DNA of 64,000 nt from Phaeosaccion multiseriatum (GCA_965112735.1 OZ218951.1:2976001-3040000), one strand, 5' to 3'. Numbered from the stretch's first letter, positions 1 to 19,300 are shown. The notes: a model not told the origin generated them from the letters alone. Translations and numbers: made by a program.

Positions 1-487
1 CTCCTCCTCCTCCTCCTCCTCCTCCTCCTCCTCCTCCTCCTCCATCCTCCTCCTCCTCCTTTACCTGCCCATGGCACTGCTGAACTTGTACCCTGCTACT
101 CCCACGACGCCTCCTTGCCGCGCTCCTTCTCTCCTACCGCCAGAGATAAACGGAGTAATGATTGTGCGGGATCCGAACGGTGCGTAAGCGGTATATTGAC
201 TGAAAGGAAGCAACCCATGTCTTCCGTAAGGGTGTGTGGGTGCGTGTGGGAATACGAGGGTGGAAAGAAGTCATTATTCTTTCCTTGCACACGATGCGGT
301 GCAGGTTGGCCCCTGTGTCCGAAGGCGCTGTCTTTCGTATCGCCTCATTATCGGCTTCAGGCGCGAGACGCGCCCCTTCACTCTCTTCCCACCCTCGACT
401 TCTCAAGAAGAAGACCCCCTCCCCCCTTGCTCTTACTTATTCGCCTCTCACCCAACAATACTTATCCCCTTCTCCTCTTGCTCCTGC

Positions 488-531
<44 letters not shown>

Positions 532-651
532 GGTCGCGCTTGGTGTACTCTGCTTATCTCGCCCTCCCGCTTCTTTCTCCTCTTGGCTCCTGCCTCCCTC
601 CCCCCCCCCCCCTCCCCCATTCCCCCGTCCCTTCTTTCAGTGTGCACTCAG

Positions 652-1293
652 TTCGTCAACGCGCATTTGCAGGACGGCGTGCAGAACAGTGACGTCATCC
701 TCGTGCTCACGCCATACCTCGAGCCAGGGGGAAACCTCAGCGATACGCATGGATGCTGGCTCAAGTCAAACTCTAGAAGGTTCTGCTCACCCCTGTGCAA
801 CAAGCTAGGCGAGGGCAATGATCTTAACACGCTCAACTACGTAACGGAGTGGGCCATTGACCATTGCACAGAGCAGAATCTGCCTTGCAACTACTCGGGC
901 CCTATCCTGCCAGGGTCATGGGAGGACAATATTTTCCAACCGGAGCAGAACGAGACCAACATTGTCGAGTTTTGGCAACAGTGGCAGGAGGACAATCCGC
1001 CAACCATGACTCCCACACAAGCACCCCTTGCGGAGGGAGACACGTTTGCTCCGACACTGCCACCCTTGGCGGACGGAGAGACGTTTGCGCCGACGGAGAA
1101 TGCGAATTCAACCTCGAGGAATGGAGGCGGTGGAAGGGGAGGAGGCGGTATCGACCTTCAGGTGTTGGCGATCATCGCTGGCATTGTTGCCGTCTTGATT
1201 GCCGTTTGTGTGGTGCGGAAGCGCGCTTCAAACAAAAGGAGCGCCGGCAATGACGCTGCAGATGCTGCTGTCGCACGGGGGGGCGTCGTATAG
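652..1293 (+). CDS. Terminal exon of a type I single-pass membrane protein (5' exons uncertain or upstream of the window)
   Basis: Acceptor ctcag ends at 651. The exon encodes a Cys-containing ectodomain, a Pro/Thr stalk with duplicated PLA(E/D)G(D/E)TFAPT, a TM helix (LQVLAIIAGIVAVLIAVCVV), a basic stop-transfer RKR and TAG at 1293. A possible small upstream exon lies at ~144-179. Confidence 0.7.
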   Translation, partial: FVNAHLQDGVQNSDVILVLTPYLEPGGNLSDTHGCWLKSNSRRFCSPLCNKLGEGNDLNTLNYVTEWAIDHCTEQNLPCNYSGPILPGSWEDNIFQPEQNETNIVEFWQQWQEDNPPTMTPTQAPLAEGDTFAPTLPPLADGETFAPTENANSTSRNGGGGRGGGGIDLQVLAIIAGIVAVLIAVCVVRKRASNKRSAGNDAADAAVARGGVV

Positions 1294-2005
1294 CGGTGCA
1301 GCCGTGTAGGGCACGTGACAGCATATGGAGTCGAACGACATGGCATGGCAATATAGTGGCATGGCATGGAAGGGGCTTATTCCATGGATTCGAACTTTGG
1401 GTTCGATTTATGAAATCGTCGGCGTCGAGTATGAGTCGTACGTCGGGCGGTGCCCCGGTGGAGGAGGGCCGGGAGGGGGGAGGGGCATATGCGGGAATCC
1501 CATCTGTTGCCATTCGGCAGAAGGGGGAGGGAGGGAGGGAGGGAGGGAGGGGTGTGTTGTTTGGCTGTTGTCCGAAGGCACCGCTTCTTGACGAACTGTG
1601 GAGAGGCCATGGGGGGGTGGAAAGGGAGAAGGGAGGGGGGGCTGTTATGCTGCCTCAGGCCGGTCGGAAGGGGGGCATTTCGCCTTTCCTTGTGAGGCTT
1701 TTGGCGCGCCCCTCATACTTACACGCAAGTGTTTTTGTTTGTTTGTTTTTTATTTTGCCATCGGAGATCGAGATGTGCTGTCGGAGTGGTGGTGTCGTGT
1801 TGCTTCGCTTCTTCGGTCGTTTTGTCGAGACCGGAGAGAGACACATTGTGGGCCCCTCCCTCGCTTGTAAAAACACTTTTATAATAAAGAATGGGAAGGT
1901 AAAAATTTTCGGAAGGTCACCACCCCCCTCCACATTGCACTGTATTCTTTATTACGTTTGTAGTGCACCAGTCTCCTGTGTGCCTTTCTGTGTATGTGTG
2001 GGTGA

Positions 2006-2240
<235 letters not shown>

Positions 2241-2587
2241 CTTCCGAAACCGATCGCTCCAGCTTCAAGACGTGACAAAGATTGGCAGAAAGGCAGCTTC
2301 CAGCCAGAGGCGCGGCAGAAGCCGTTCCGTTTGTCGCGGGCAAGACAATTCAAGGCGGGAGTATGCCTCAGCCACCCTACTCACTGCCTTACTGCAAGGC
2401 ATCTATTCCATTGCCTTACACATGCATGCTCGCCGCCCCACTACCAAACTTTTAAAGATTGTATATAGTTTTACTACCAAAGTGCCTTGGTCACTGCCGC
2501 ACTGCCATGAGTTTCAAGGGAAAGGCCTCGCCAGCGAGCGAGTCCGAAGCAAAGCTTCCGAGCCTGCTCGAGCGTCTTGTCCCTCTC

Positions 2588-2701
<114 letters not shown>

Positions 2702-2820
2702 GTGTGACGGGCCCATCATCACCTCATGCGTCGCCCTCTTCCCGTCGTCGGTATCCCGATCCCCCTCTTACAATAAAAAATCCAACCTTCTTTTCTCGAA
2801 CACCCCGGGGTCCGGCCGCG

Positions 2821-5489
2821 CTACCGACTGAGACAGACAAAGGTCAGGACGAGGGAAACTGCTGTGACCATAACCCTGCTGCTGCTACTGCTGCTGCTGC
2901 TGAAGCTGCTGTTGGCTCCATTCGCGGCCAAGCCCGTCTCGGTGTCCGCGTCTGGTGCTTCAGTAGGGGCTTCAGTGGCAGGGGGGGCTGCCCGCTCCGT
3001 CTCTGCTTTGTGAGTGTGCGCCAGGAGCGAGGTTGCGACACAGCGAATCGACGGGGCGGAGGGAAGGAGAGCAGGCAAGAAGGAAGCAAGGAGATGATCG
3101 TTCAGTTGTATGTGTGTGTGTGTGTGTGCGTGCGTGAGAGAGAGAGAGAGAGAGTGGCAGACAACGGAGTGTGGGGCAGAGCGAACAACTCAGCGACGCA
3201 CAGTTCCAGTAGCCTCAGAAGCTGAGGTTATAGCCAACTAGCCAACTAACCAACCAATCAACCAACCAACCAACCAACCAACCAGTCTACCCCACGTTGG
3301 CTAAACTGTCTTTGGTACTGCGCTCACCTTTGACAGGGCAATCCTCGTCGAGGGCTACGGTAGGCTCGGTTGCGAGGCCCTCAAAGTCCAGGTCCGAGCT
3401 GTGGACACCACACACTCCCGCCGAGAAAAGCACCGCCCCACCGCTGCTGCTGTCCTCAAAGTACATTGCCGCGCCAAGGATGGGAGCAGTGGTGGCGCTC
3501 TGTGTGGGGTAGAGAGAGACAGAGAGACAGAGATTGGGGAAGTATGTGCGTGTGTGAGGGAGAGAGAGAGGCAGAGAGCGAGAGAGTGAGGCAGAGAGCG
3601 AGAGAGAGGCAGAGAGAGAGGCAGAGAGAGTGAGAGGTAGAGAGAGAGAGGCAGAGGGAGAGAGAGAGAGAGAATGGCGGGTGGCGGTCAGGGGTCAGAC
3701 GGACGAGCGGGGGACCGCTCGTAAGGAGTCGATGTGTAGCCTGTGTATGTGGAGCTCGAGTTATCACATCAAAGGCACGAGGCAGAAGCAAGAGCATGTA
3801 CGTATTTGCCGCTGCTGCTTGCTGGCACACATACCGTCGTCTCTGTAGTCTCATCGAGGAGTCGGTTGGACTTGAAACCGGCCACCCCCTGGAAGGTCAC
3901 ACTGCTTCCTCCCGTAACCGTGACACCCCCGCCTTCGATCTGTGAGTAGCGTGCCCGCCAAGGGGACAGTCATGACCCAGCCAAGCCAAGCAAATTGTGG
4001 TGTTGCGAGTGGAAGAAGGAAGGGGGTGCAAAGCGGGGGGGGGGTGAGTGGCGCGGTCAACAGAACACTCACTTCATAGCGGCGGTCAGCAGAGGGCAAA
4101 GCATAGACGTCGTCATGCAGTGCAGTAGGAGGCAGAAGAGAGCATGAGTGGTCGGCTTTCGAAGCACTCGCATCGAAGGTAGGAGCCAGTCACCAGCCAC
4201 CAAACAACCAGTCAGTCAGTCAGTCAGTCAGTCAGTCAGTCAGTCAGTCCGTCAGCTCTGAGGCAAGCAAGCAGGCCCACCGTGCCGCACACACACACAC
4301 ATGCACGCACGCACGCACGCACGCACGCACCTGCGCGACGTTCTCCTCGAAGCTGCTCGAGTCCTCCATCACTACCACTCCGCCGTTCTCCACCAAGAGT
4401 CCACCCCCACGAGTCCGAAAGGCCTCGTTGTCCACAAAGGCCACTTCAGAGGCGAAGGTTAATTGGGCCGGGCCTACGCATGCCACCGCCCCACCTGTGC
4501 CTGCGCTGTTTCCCTCCAGGTATGCCTCCTTCTCGGTCTTGACTTCGAAGCCCCCTGTCACAGAGAGCGCACCCCCGGATCCGTACTCTACACGGTTGTG
4601 GACGAATGATACCGACTCGACAAACAGGACCTGCCCCCCCGCGCCCGCTTCTGTGGCAGAGCCGTCCAGAGACACGGCCCCTCCTTGGATGTCTGCCAGG
4701 TTCTGGTCGAACATGACCGGGCCAGAGAAGGAAGCAGTGGCCGACTCAAGCAAGAGCGCCCCTCCATACCCTGCCCCTGCAGTGGCTGTGTTGCCCTGGA
4801 AGTTGGCCTGGCCACGGAAGGAGAGGATGGTGGCTTGGTCGCTGTCGTACTCTCCGGCGTAGTCGGCGCCGCACAGAATAGCGCCTCCTGCATTACCGCC
4901 CGAGTTTTGTAGAAAGCTCACGTCCTCCTCGAATGTGACTCTACAGGGCCCGATGGTGGAAATGGCGCCTCCTCCACCCGCATAGTCATTGTCGGACAGG
5001 GTAACTTCACTGCCTGAGAAGGTCAACTCCGACGCAACCACATCAAATCTAATCGTCGTATCAACAGATAGCACGAGGGAGATGAGGGGGGGGGTGGGGG
5101 GGGGGGGGAGAGACCGAGCGAGCGAGGCAGAGCGAAAGATGAGGGGGGAGGGAGAAGAGGGGGAGAGGTGGCGGAGGGATTCTTGTGTTGTTCGTCAGGA
5201 CACGCGAAGGACGAACAAACCATGACACCGAGGCACTTTTGCGTGGGCAAAGGCATGGTCCCTTTGGTAGTTTCACAGACCTGAGCTTCGAGAGAATCAG
5301 GGGAGCGTCCGAATGTATTGTCAACTTTGCCCCTGAGGTAATAGAGACCGTGTTTTGTGCCTCACACACTAGGTCAGAGTCGAGCGTCCATAACGTGTCC
5401 GAAGAAATGGTGATATCCTCGCAGCCCTGAGCGGAGGCCTGGTGTGGTGCAAGCAGAAGCGCCAAGCCCAAGAATGCTAACAGCCCCAT
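2821..5489 (-). CDS. Secreted/surface beta-helix protein with polymorphic membrane protein (GGAI/FxxN) repeats; 5 exons
   Basis: Exons 5489-5281, 5048-4331, 3939-3835, 3499-3328 and 3002-2821 join in frame across GT-AG introns. Signal peptide MGLLAFLGLALLLAPHQASA; repeated FxxN..GGA(I/L/V); Pro/Thr/Ser stalk; hydrophobic C-terminus (TM or GPI signal). Confidence 0.8.
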
Positions 5490-5750
5490 CCTCTAGATTA
5501 CTTCTATACTCGGGCACAAACAAGCTCTCAGTTTCTCTGCTTGTTTGCTTCGCTGCTAGATGCTGCCTTGCTATGCAAATCTCCAATCGCTAGTCTGTAT
5601 TGTGTCTCTCAGGGAGGGCTGTGAAACGAGTGTGAAACGTTTGTAACCGAAAGCCACAACGGGGTTAAATCGCGGTTGGTTCTTCAATCGCCAAACTGTG
5701 ACCTTTTTTGTTTTGTTGGCTTCGCGATTGTTTTCGACCCCTGATTGTTT

Positions 5751-5937
5751 TCGACCCCTGACACGCTATCCGCTATCGCCGGCGCAAGCCGGCTTTGGGG
5801 GGGGGGAGGGGGGGGGGGAGGGTTGTGGCGTGCTATCCGCTGTCGCCGGCGCCAGCCGGTCCGCTATCCGCTATCGGGGGCGGGGGGGGGCGATAGCGCG
5901 CTATCGCGAATGTGGGCGATAGCGCGTCAGGGGTCGA
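5751..5937. mobile_element. MITE-like element with TCGACCCCTGAC termini and internal GCTATC/GATAGC repeats
   Basis: Left end tcgacccctgacacgctatc and right end gatagcgcgtcaggggtcga are near-perfect inverted repeats. ATTGTTTT flanks both sides of CGACCC..GGGTCG. The left junction is duplicated (17 bp). Confidence 0.65.
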
Positions 5938-6100
5938 TTGTTTTTGTGCAAATGATTAGTGAGTGAAATGTCCCAAGACAATACTTGCACCGCAATAACA
6001 GACATCCGTCTATGTGTGTGTGATTCTTCTTCCCTTTTCCCATCCCCTCTTCCTTCTACTCCCCTTCTACTTAGTAAAACAGCTTTAGCTATGTGATGGA

Positions 6101-6196
6101 TCGACCCTGGACAAGACACGGTGTGCACCGGCCATAATGAGGAATCAGGCCTCCTGGCGCCATAATCAGTAATCAGGTAATCTTGTCCAGGGTCGA
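6101..6196. mobile_element. 96-bp MITE-like element with a perfect 16-bp TIR TCGACCCTGGACAAGA
   Basis: 6101-6116 is the exact reverse complement of 6181-6196. Internal CCATAAT and AATCAG motifs are repeated. Confidence 0.6.
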
Positions 6197-6264
6197 CTAT
6201 GTCCTACACCTTCTCTCACTCCCCTTCTCCTCCCACTCCCCCACTCCTGGAGCTACATCTATAG

Positions 6265-7189
6265 CTATGCACCGTTTGCCCCCGCTAGGGCATTTAGGGC
6301 GAGGCAGAAGCCCGAAAGGGTGAGGGCGAGGCGCACGTGATGCAGGTAACAGAAGCGCCTTGTAATTTTCGTAACGTCCTTGGGGTCCGCCTTACGGAGG
6401 GCCGAGATGTCCTCCCCGAGCACGATGGCTGAGGATGGAAGGAGGGTGGGTAGGTGGGTGGGTGGGTGCGTCGGTGGGTGGGGAAGGGGTGGGCCGGGTG
6501 TGAGTGAGGGCAGGCGGCACGTCAGAGGCTGGAGGGGCAGGAGGAAGTAGCACCACGTAGCTGGCTTTCTAGCTGGTGTATGTCGAAGAGAGGAGAGAAG
6601 AGGGCTTTGCAACTGCTTGCTCTTTCCTTCAGCCAAGGCGATAGGCATGCTTCAGTCATTCCCCTACCACTGTCCGAATACGCCTCACTTGTCGACTACA
6701 GCCAGCTGTGATATCCCATGTCATGTGCTGCCAGCTCCATATGGAACACACGAAAGACTCCCCACCCCGACATCTTCCGGAATGCTCATTGGATTGGGCT
6801 CAGTCGAATGATAGGGAGGGGAGAAGGTGAAGGAGGGAGCCGCCTCGCCCGCCCCAGCGGAACGCTTTCAATTAAAAGCTCTTACCCGTGTATGGCCCTA
6901 TGGAGAAGAGGAGCAAGCCACTATACATCCACACGGGGTCCTTGGAAAGATAGAAGGTGGCGCCATGCACACCTCCCGCGATGGCACAGAGGGGGGCCAT
7001 AAGTGACTTTCCGAATGGCCACCAGAGGGGGAAGAGTCGCTTGATGGTGGTTTCGTCATCCTTGGCCGCCAGTGCCAGAAAGGTACGCGTGTCTACGAAG
7101 GATACGAAGGTGAGCGCACCCGTCATTATGCCTGCCACTCCAGTGGCGAGCATTTTCAGCAACAGGAGTCTTTCATCTCCGCCCCCCAT
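6265..7189 (-). CDS. DUF1772 / anthrone-oxygenase-like multi-TM protein; 2 exons
   Basis: Exons 7189-6886 and 6428-6265 (phase 1, GT-AG). Pattern G.MTG...FVSFVD, 'WWP.GKSLMAP', 'IGPYT', 'RFCYLHHVR' matches the family. Confidence 0.75.
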
Positions 7190-7656
7190 CTCTTGTTTGC
7201 TGGAGCTGGTGCTGGCACTGGTCCTGCTCTTTCGCTGAGCAGTCTACTCGCGACCTCCCTGGCCTGCTGCCTGTGATGGATAAAAAAGGAGCGGGCAAAC
7301 TCGTTTACTGCTTCTGGGCGAAGAGCATCAAAAGTATCCCTTGTCTTGAACCTGATCTCTCGCGCCTGGCTCTCCGTGCAGAAAACCCATCCCTCCTCGA
7401 GACGTCCTCGCTCTTCCTCTTCCCATTTAGTATCGTCTAGCCTTGAATGTTCTCTACGGTCAGCTGCCCACTGAAGGATCTCACCTCGTTGGCAATCCTG
7501 TTTCCCTCTCCCTCCTTTCTTCTTCTCCTTTCCCTTTGTCAAGAGTATCTTTGAGTTGACCCCGCAGTGGCAGCTCGTCCACCTCAGGTACAAAGGGGAG
7601 CCAAAGGGACCAAAAAAAAAAAGACAGGAGAGGGAGAGAGGGGGGAGGAAGGTGTG

Positions 7657-8576
7657 ATGCCGCAGCAAGAGCAGGGTCAGCAAGAGCAGCGGCAAGGGAG
7701 CGAGGAGAACAGGGACCTCCCAACCATCCACCTTGCTGATGGAAGATGCTTTGTGTGGGACAAGCCTTCAGCGGAGACCCTCCGGGCCAAATATCGCATG
7801 GTGGGACTACCCGTGGGTATTCGGTAAGTAAAAGAATGGTGCTAGACCCCCTTTCTCGCTTGGGGCAAGATCAAATAGCGATCATCCCCTCCTCTAAATA
7901 TCTCATCATACTTTTCATCCCCTCCCCTCCTCCACGCAGACCCCAGATAAAGGAATCAATGGAGCAGAACCTGCCCTTTATGCTCCTTCCAGAGCAGGCC
8001 AACCTGCTGCAGAGGAAGGGCTTTGTGAAGGTGCGCCATGGCCACCCTGTCGGGGAGGAGGGATCTGGAGGTGGAGGGGAGGGGCCTGCGGGTATGCAGG
8101 TGGACAACCAAGGAGAAGGAGAAGGAGAAGACGGTGACGCAGAGCACGTGCAAGAAGATAGATCCCCACCAGACGCAGATATTCGCCAGGCGGTGTTTGA
8201 CGACTTGTGGGCCAGGAATGGATCGGAGGGGAGGAAGGAGGGCGTGGGCGAAGGAGAAGGAGGGGGTGGAAGCGATGGCGATGGTGCCAAGGAAGCCGTG
8301 GAGGGTACTTGGTACGTCACAGGCGGCACCAAGTATGGGGCGCACTTTGTAATGTACGAAGACGACCCCTTGGTGTGCCATTCCTCGGCGGCGGTGATTT
8401 GCTGCAGGGAGGGGGAGGCGCTGTCCCCTGTGCTCATCTCCGGCTTTGTGCGTATGCAGCATGCCGTCAACAAGACCGCCCTTATCGCCACTGTATTGGA
8501 GGACGGCTGTACTGTGCACTACCTGTCTTTGGACTTTAGTACTGTCGGAGAGAGGCACGGGTTGGTGAGGAAGTAA
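7657..8576 (+). CDS. TSEN34: tRNA-splicing endonuclease catalytic subunit, Sen34-like; 2 exons
   Basis: Exons 7657-7823 and 7940-8576. Motifs 'LRAKYRMVG', 'LPFMLLPEQA', 'VFDDLW', 'VTGGTKYGAHFVMYEDDPLVCHS', 'VNKT'; the Tyr-His-Lys catalytic triad is present. Confidence 0.85.
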
Positions 8577-8946
8577 GTGAGAGCGTGCCGAGGCCTGCAT
8601 GGAGCGCCAGAGGGGTTGCTGGACGACTTCCACTTGGTGGGGCACGCGCTTCTTTGTGGCTTTGGTTGGACGCCCCCCCCCCCCCCTTCCTTCTCTCCCT
8701 GCTGCCTCACACACTCACCCGCGAGGTTTTCGGAGGAGACGGCCGGCGCCTCGCATGGAAACCTCCCTACCCCGGGGGGGGAGGTTGGGGCCGAGACGTG
8801 ACGCACACGCGCACGCTTCACGTCCTCGAAGGGCTACGCGCGTGCTATGAAGGCTCTCTCTCTCTCTCTCTCTCTCTCTCTGGGTCGCCGTGTGTGTGTG
8901 CGCGCGCGCTTTGCGTCTTGAGGGAGCACGCCGCCGACTTCTCCTG

Positions 8947-9152
8947 TGGGACTCTCATGTCGGCTCTGTGGAGAGACTGGGACTCTCATGTCGGCTCTGT
9001 GGAGAGACGCTCACGGAGGTCGTCTCCCTGAGCAAAGAGCCAAAGAGAGGAACAGCCTCCAATGGAGAGAGTTACTGAGAGAGGAACAGCCTCCAATGGA
9101 GAGAGTTACTGAGAGAGGAACAGCCTCCGATGGAGAGAGTTACTGAGAGAGG
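8947..9152. repeat. Two minisatellites: 31-bp x2 (8947-9008) and 34-bp x3 (9045-9152)
   Basis: Units tgggactctcatgtcggctctgtggagagac and gagaggaacagcctcc(a/g)atggagagagttactga. Confidence 0.9.
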
Positions 9153-9937
9153 AGAGAGGAGTGTACGCCAAGAAGTTGGGGGGGGAGCTTACGCCAGCTG
9201 TGATCCATGGGTTACAAAGTTGCATGCACAGCCACTTTATAGAGGCGCTGCTGGTGCCTCCACAGTCAAGAAGGCAGGCCGCAAGGGCAGGAGCCGAAGC
9301 CGAAGCGGCCTCTTGAGAGACGTCTCTCTCTGACTTGTCTGAAGGCGACTCAGGGGCTTGTCTCTTTGCTCTTGCTTCGTGCGAGGCACCGAACACCCCT
9401 GTGTGTGGCCAGCAGGCGCTGGGTGGGGCCAAGAGCGGACATTCACGGAGAGCCGTTGGTGATTCAGCCGCACGGAACGGAGTACGCCCTATGACCAGGA
9501 GAGACTCGCAGGCTATGAAATCACTCAGTCAAGACAAATGGCGAACGCGCCGGTCAGGCGAGGAGCGGGGGTGTATTTATTGACTTGATAGCTTAATAGG
9601 GAGGGTGGAGGGGGTGGTATGTTTATTGACTGAATAGGAATCACCCAAGTGGAGGTGTAGTACTGCACAGAGTCCCTCACCGGGCAGTAGCGGCGAGAAA
9701 CTGGCAGGAGAAGGAGGAGGAGGAGGAGGAGGAGGAGGAGAAGGAAGACAGGCTAAGGCTGTCCAAAGAATTTTTACTAAAAAAAAGACAAGAGTATAAA
9801 TTATAACTAAGGAGTGAAAGGGGAGAAGTTTGCCCCTCATCTACGACGACCCGCTCCAATCAGATGCGATCCAACACCACACTCATCCGATGGAGCCATG
9901 GCCTCACCTCACCAACAGAGCAGCTCCTGGAGACGAA

Positions 9938-10282
9938 TCACCCAAACCGAATTTGAACACCCAGTCGGGCATTCACATGCCCTAGCGTCAAGGTCCAAAT
10001 GCGGGAGGGGGGAACCTTCCCTCGACGAGCTACTCGGTCAGCGTGTATCTTACAAGTGTGAGCGCGGGAGTTGATCTGTTGTTTCTCGTCCACCCACGGA
10101 GCATCTGGTCGAGACATTCCCTGGCTTCCAAGCCCTTGGACAGCGCTCAGGCCAAGTGCCGTGAAGCGGGAATGTCTCGACGAGGTAACTCGGCAAGTGT
10201 GAGGCGTAAGTGTGAGGTGTTGGACCCACCGGAGTTGGGAGTCAAAAGTCTTCGTACATGAGGGGCAGGCGTACGCTGTCAA
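9938..10282 (-). pseudogene. C2H2 zinc-finger-like fragment, possibly a degraded transposable element ORF
   Basis: YACPSCTKTFDSQLRWVQHLTLTPH fits CxxC-x3-F-x8-H. There is no ATG start and no recognisable continuation. Confidence 0.3.
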
Positions 10283-10943
10283 TCATGTCTCTGATCACAA
10301 GCCCTAACCCCAATTACCCAAACTCGAGCCCTGCAACTGGCACTGCCAACTGCCACTACTGGCCTTGCCACCATTCTCAGGCCACACGTGCCAAGTTGTA
10401 GAGAGACCTTTGGCATCTATCTTGTCTATCTATACCCGTCTACCCTGACCTACCGTCTAGCTCTCCTCTCCTCCTCTCGACTGCCGCTGCTGGGTGCTGG
10501 TACCGACGACAGGTGCGCGAGCGAGCAGGAGAAATCCCCGCACGACACCACGCACGCACACGCACGCACGCACACGCACGCACGCACACGCACGCACGCA
10601 CCCCGCCAAACCCTACCCCGCACGCCACACGAAAACCAGCCCAACACAGCCCACCTCGCTCGTTCTATGAGTGGGGTTGGTGCACCAACGTACCATACCA
10701 GGTATAAGGATTGAGGTGCTCGCTGTCGACGAGCGTCTGGGGGTGCAATGCAAGGCTCCGCAGGTGGGGAAGGTTTCTGCGCCGGCGTTTGGGGTCACGC
10801 CATTGCCTGTACAAAAAAGGGGCCCTGTTCGTTTCGCCGCACGACACAGTTCCACCTCATCTCCGCTGCTCTGTCAGCCGGTCCACGTGTGTGCGTGTGT
10901 GTGTCTCTCTCTGGCACACACACAACAGTGAGCCGCTGTGCTG

Positions 10944-12569
10944 TCAGGCTGCGGGTGCAGCAGGAGCAGCAGCAGAGCTCGACAACCCTCTACCCTCAGG
11001 GAGATGAGAAGAAACACTCCCTCCGCCTCCTGCCACCACCTCAACGCCCCCTACCCCCGCCGCTGCTGCCGCTGCTGCTGCCGCTGCTCCCGATGATGGC
11101 GACGACGACGATGACGACGACGGTGATGATGCTGCTCCTGCTGCGGCCACATCAATGCCCCCGTCGCTCTGCGGTGGCGCCGTCCCCTCCCACCAGGCCA
11201 GCGCATCCCCTGGCAAGCGGCCTAACCACTGTAAAACCCTCTTAAACGTCTCTTTCTTCTGGACCAGCGAGGCTGTAAACCTTGCCCTCCTTCCCCCCGC
11301 CCCCCCGTCCTCACCTCCCAAAACCGTCAGCCCGCCCTCCCGTCCCCGCACCTCCGCCATGTCAGCTCGGAGCCTCTCCCGCAGCGCCGCCAACTCCTCC
11401 TGTGTGCATGGAAACAGGGCGAGAAAGTGATTGCCCGTAGGCAGCTGCTTGCCAGGCTTGACGTTGGGGAAGCGGCTGTCGGCGGACAGGATGTGAATGG
11501 GTTGGCAGTGCTCATCGTAACACGGGGAGCCAAAGCAGGCCATGCGTTTGAGGCAGAAGGTCCCGTTGGCGGCCCCCAGTTCATAGACGTGAATGGGGCG
11601 TCTCAGGGCGTTGCTGAGCGCCACAATCTCAGGCCCCCCACCCCACACCTTGGGCTTGCGCATAACGCTGCAGTAGTGCTCGGCCGTCATATTGTACTGC
11701 TCTGCCACGACCTTGAGCAGCTCAATGGTGGGGACCGTCTCCCCATCCTCCAGGTAGAGTTTGCGCTCAATGTCCTCGAGGAGGAAGTCCACGGCTCTGC
11801 GGCGCAGCTCTGCTGACTTGGGCATGAGTTGTTCGTTGTCCAGGGTCAGTTGAGTGCCGTTGTCTGGTGGGAGAGGAGGAGTGCAGGGAGGGCGGGGAGG
11901 GGGGGGGGGGGTAGGTGGGGAGAGGCGGAGGGAGAGAGACGGGCGGAGAGAAACAGGGGAGGCGGTAAGGGTGGAAGGGTCTCGAAAGGCAGCAGACAGA
12001 GGGCCTAGGAGGATAGGGCATGCGAGTCTGCGAGGAGCGAAAAAAAAGAGCAGCGCCTGACGATGTATACAAGCCAGCACCGAGAGGGGCGAAAGGAGGG
12101 GGGGAGCAAAGCTCCACACACGGAGGGTAAGTCACCTACCAGCGAAGTGGAGGCACGCGGAGATTGCGTGGAAGAGGCAGTTACCGTCCCCCGGCACTTG
12201 CCGCACCTTCATGCTTAGGGGAAGCCCGTCAACTGCAAAGTGGTCTGTGAGGAAGCCATCGCCCCTGATCTTGCTGGATTGACGCCAAATGGAGGACAAG
12301 CCATGGACAAGACTGTCAACTGCTGCAGGGCGAGGCGGTAGAGCAGACAGGGCCAGTTCACGAGGAGTGAGAGAGCGATAGAGAGATGGAGAGGGGGAGG
12401 GAAGCAGGAAGAGGAGAGGCGCCCAACTCGGAGAGGTGTGTCTACCACAACCGATGGATGGGGCTGCCTGTTTATGGTCTGGTCTATACAGTTGCAGATT
12501 CAGGGCCCACCGCCCCCACTCACCGACAATGAAGAAAACAAGCAACAGCAATAGCTGAAGCCGCGGCAT
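10944..12569 (-). CDS. OTU-family deubiquitinase with a hydrophobic N-terminal leader; probably 3 exons
   Basis: Exons ~12569-12524, ~12322-12140 and 11863-10944. Catalytic motifs VPGDGNCLF, WGGGPEI and NHFLAL. Confidence 0.85.
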
Positions 12570-12792
12570 GCTGGCCCCTTTCGCCGGTCACCCTGCGGCG
12601 AGGCTTAAGTGGCGGTCGGTCCCAGTCCCGACGTGCACAGCCATCCACTGCCATCACAATTCAATTTTCTCGCCCTTCCGTCAATCCGTCAATTGCCCCT
12701 CTTGCATAGAACAACGCGAACGTAAGCTAGATACTGCCTCCAACGACACATGTAGCCTCCGCTGAGCTCTGTGCTACAGGAGAAGCGCGCGA

Positions 12793-19300
<6,508 letters not shown>

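Noticed and set aside
5928-6109. hAT-like element defined by CAGGGGTCGA ... TCGACCCTG
   Set aside because: No flanking duplication; each end pairs better with its own partner in the two-MITE model.
10302-10320. Telomere-like CCCTAA seed
   Set aside because: A single unit, expected by chance.
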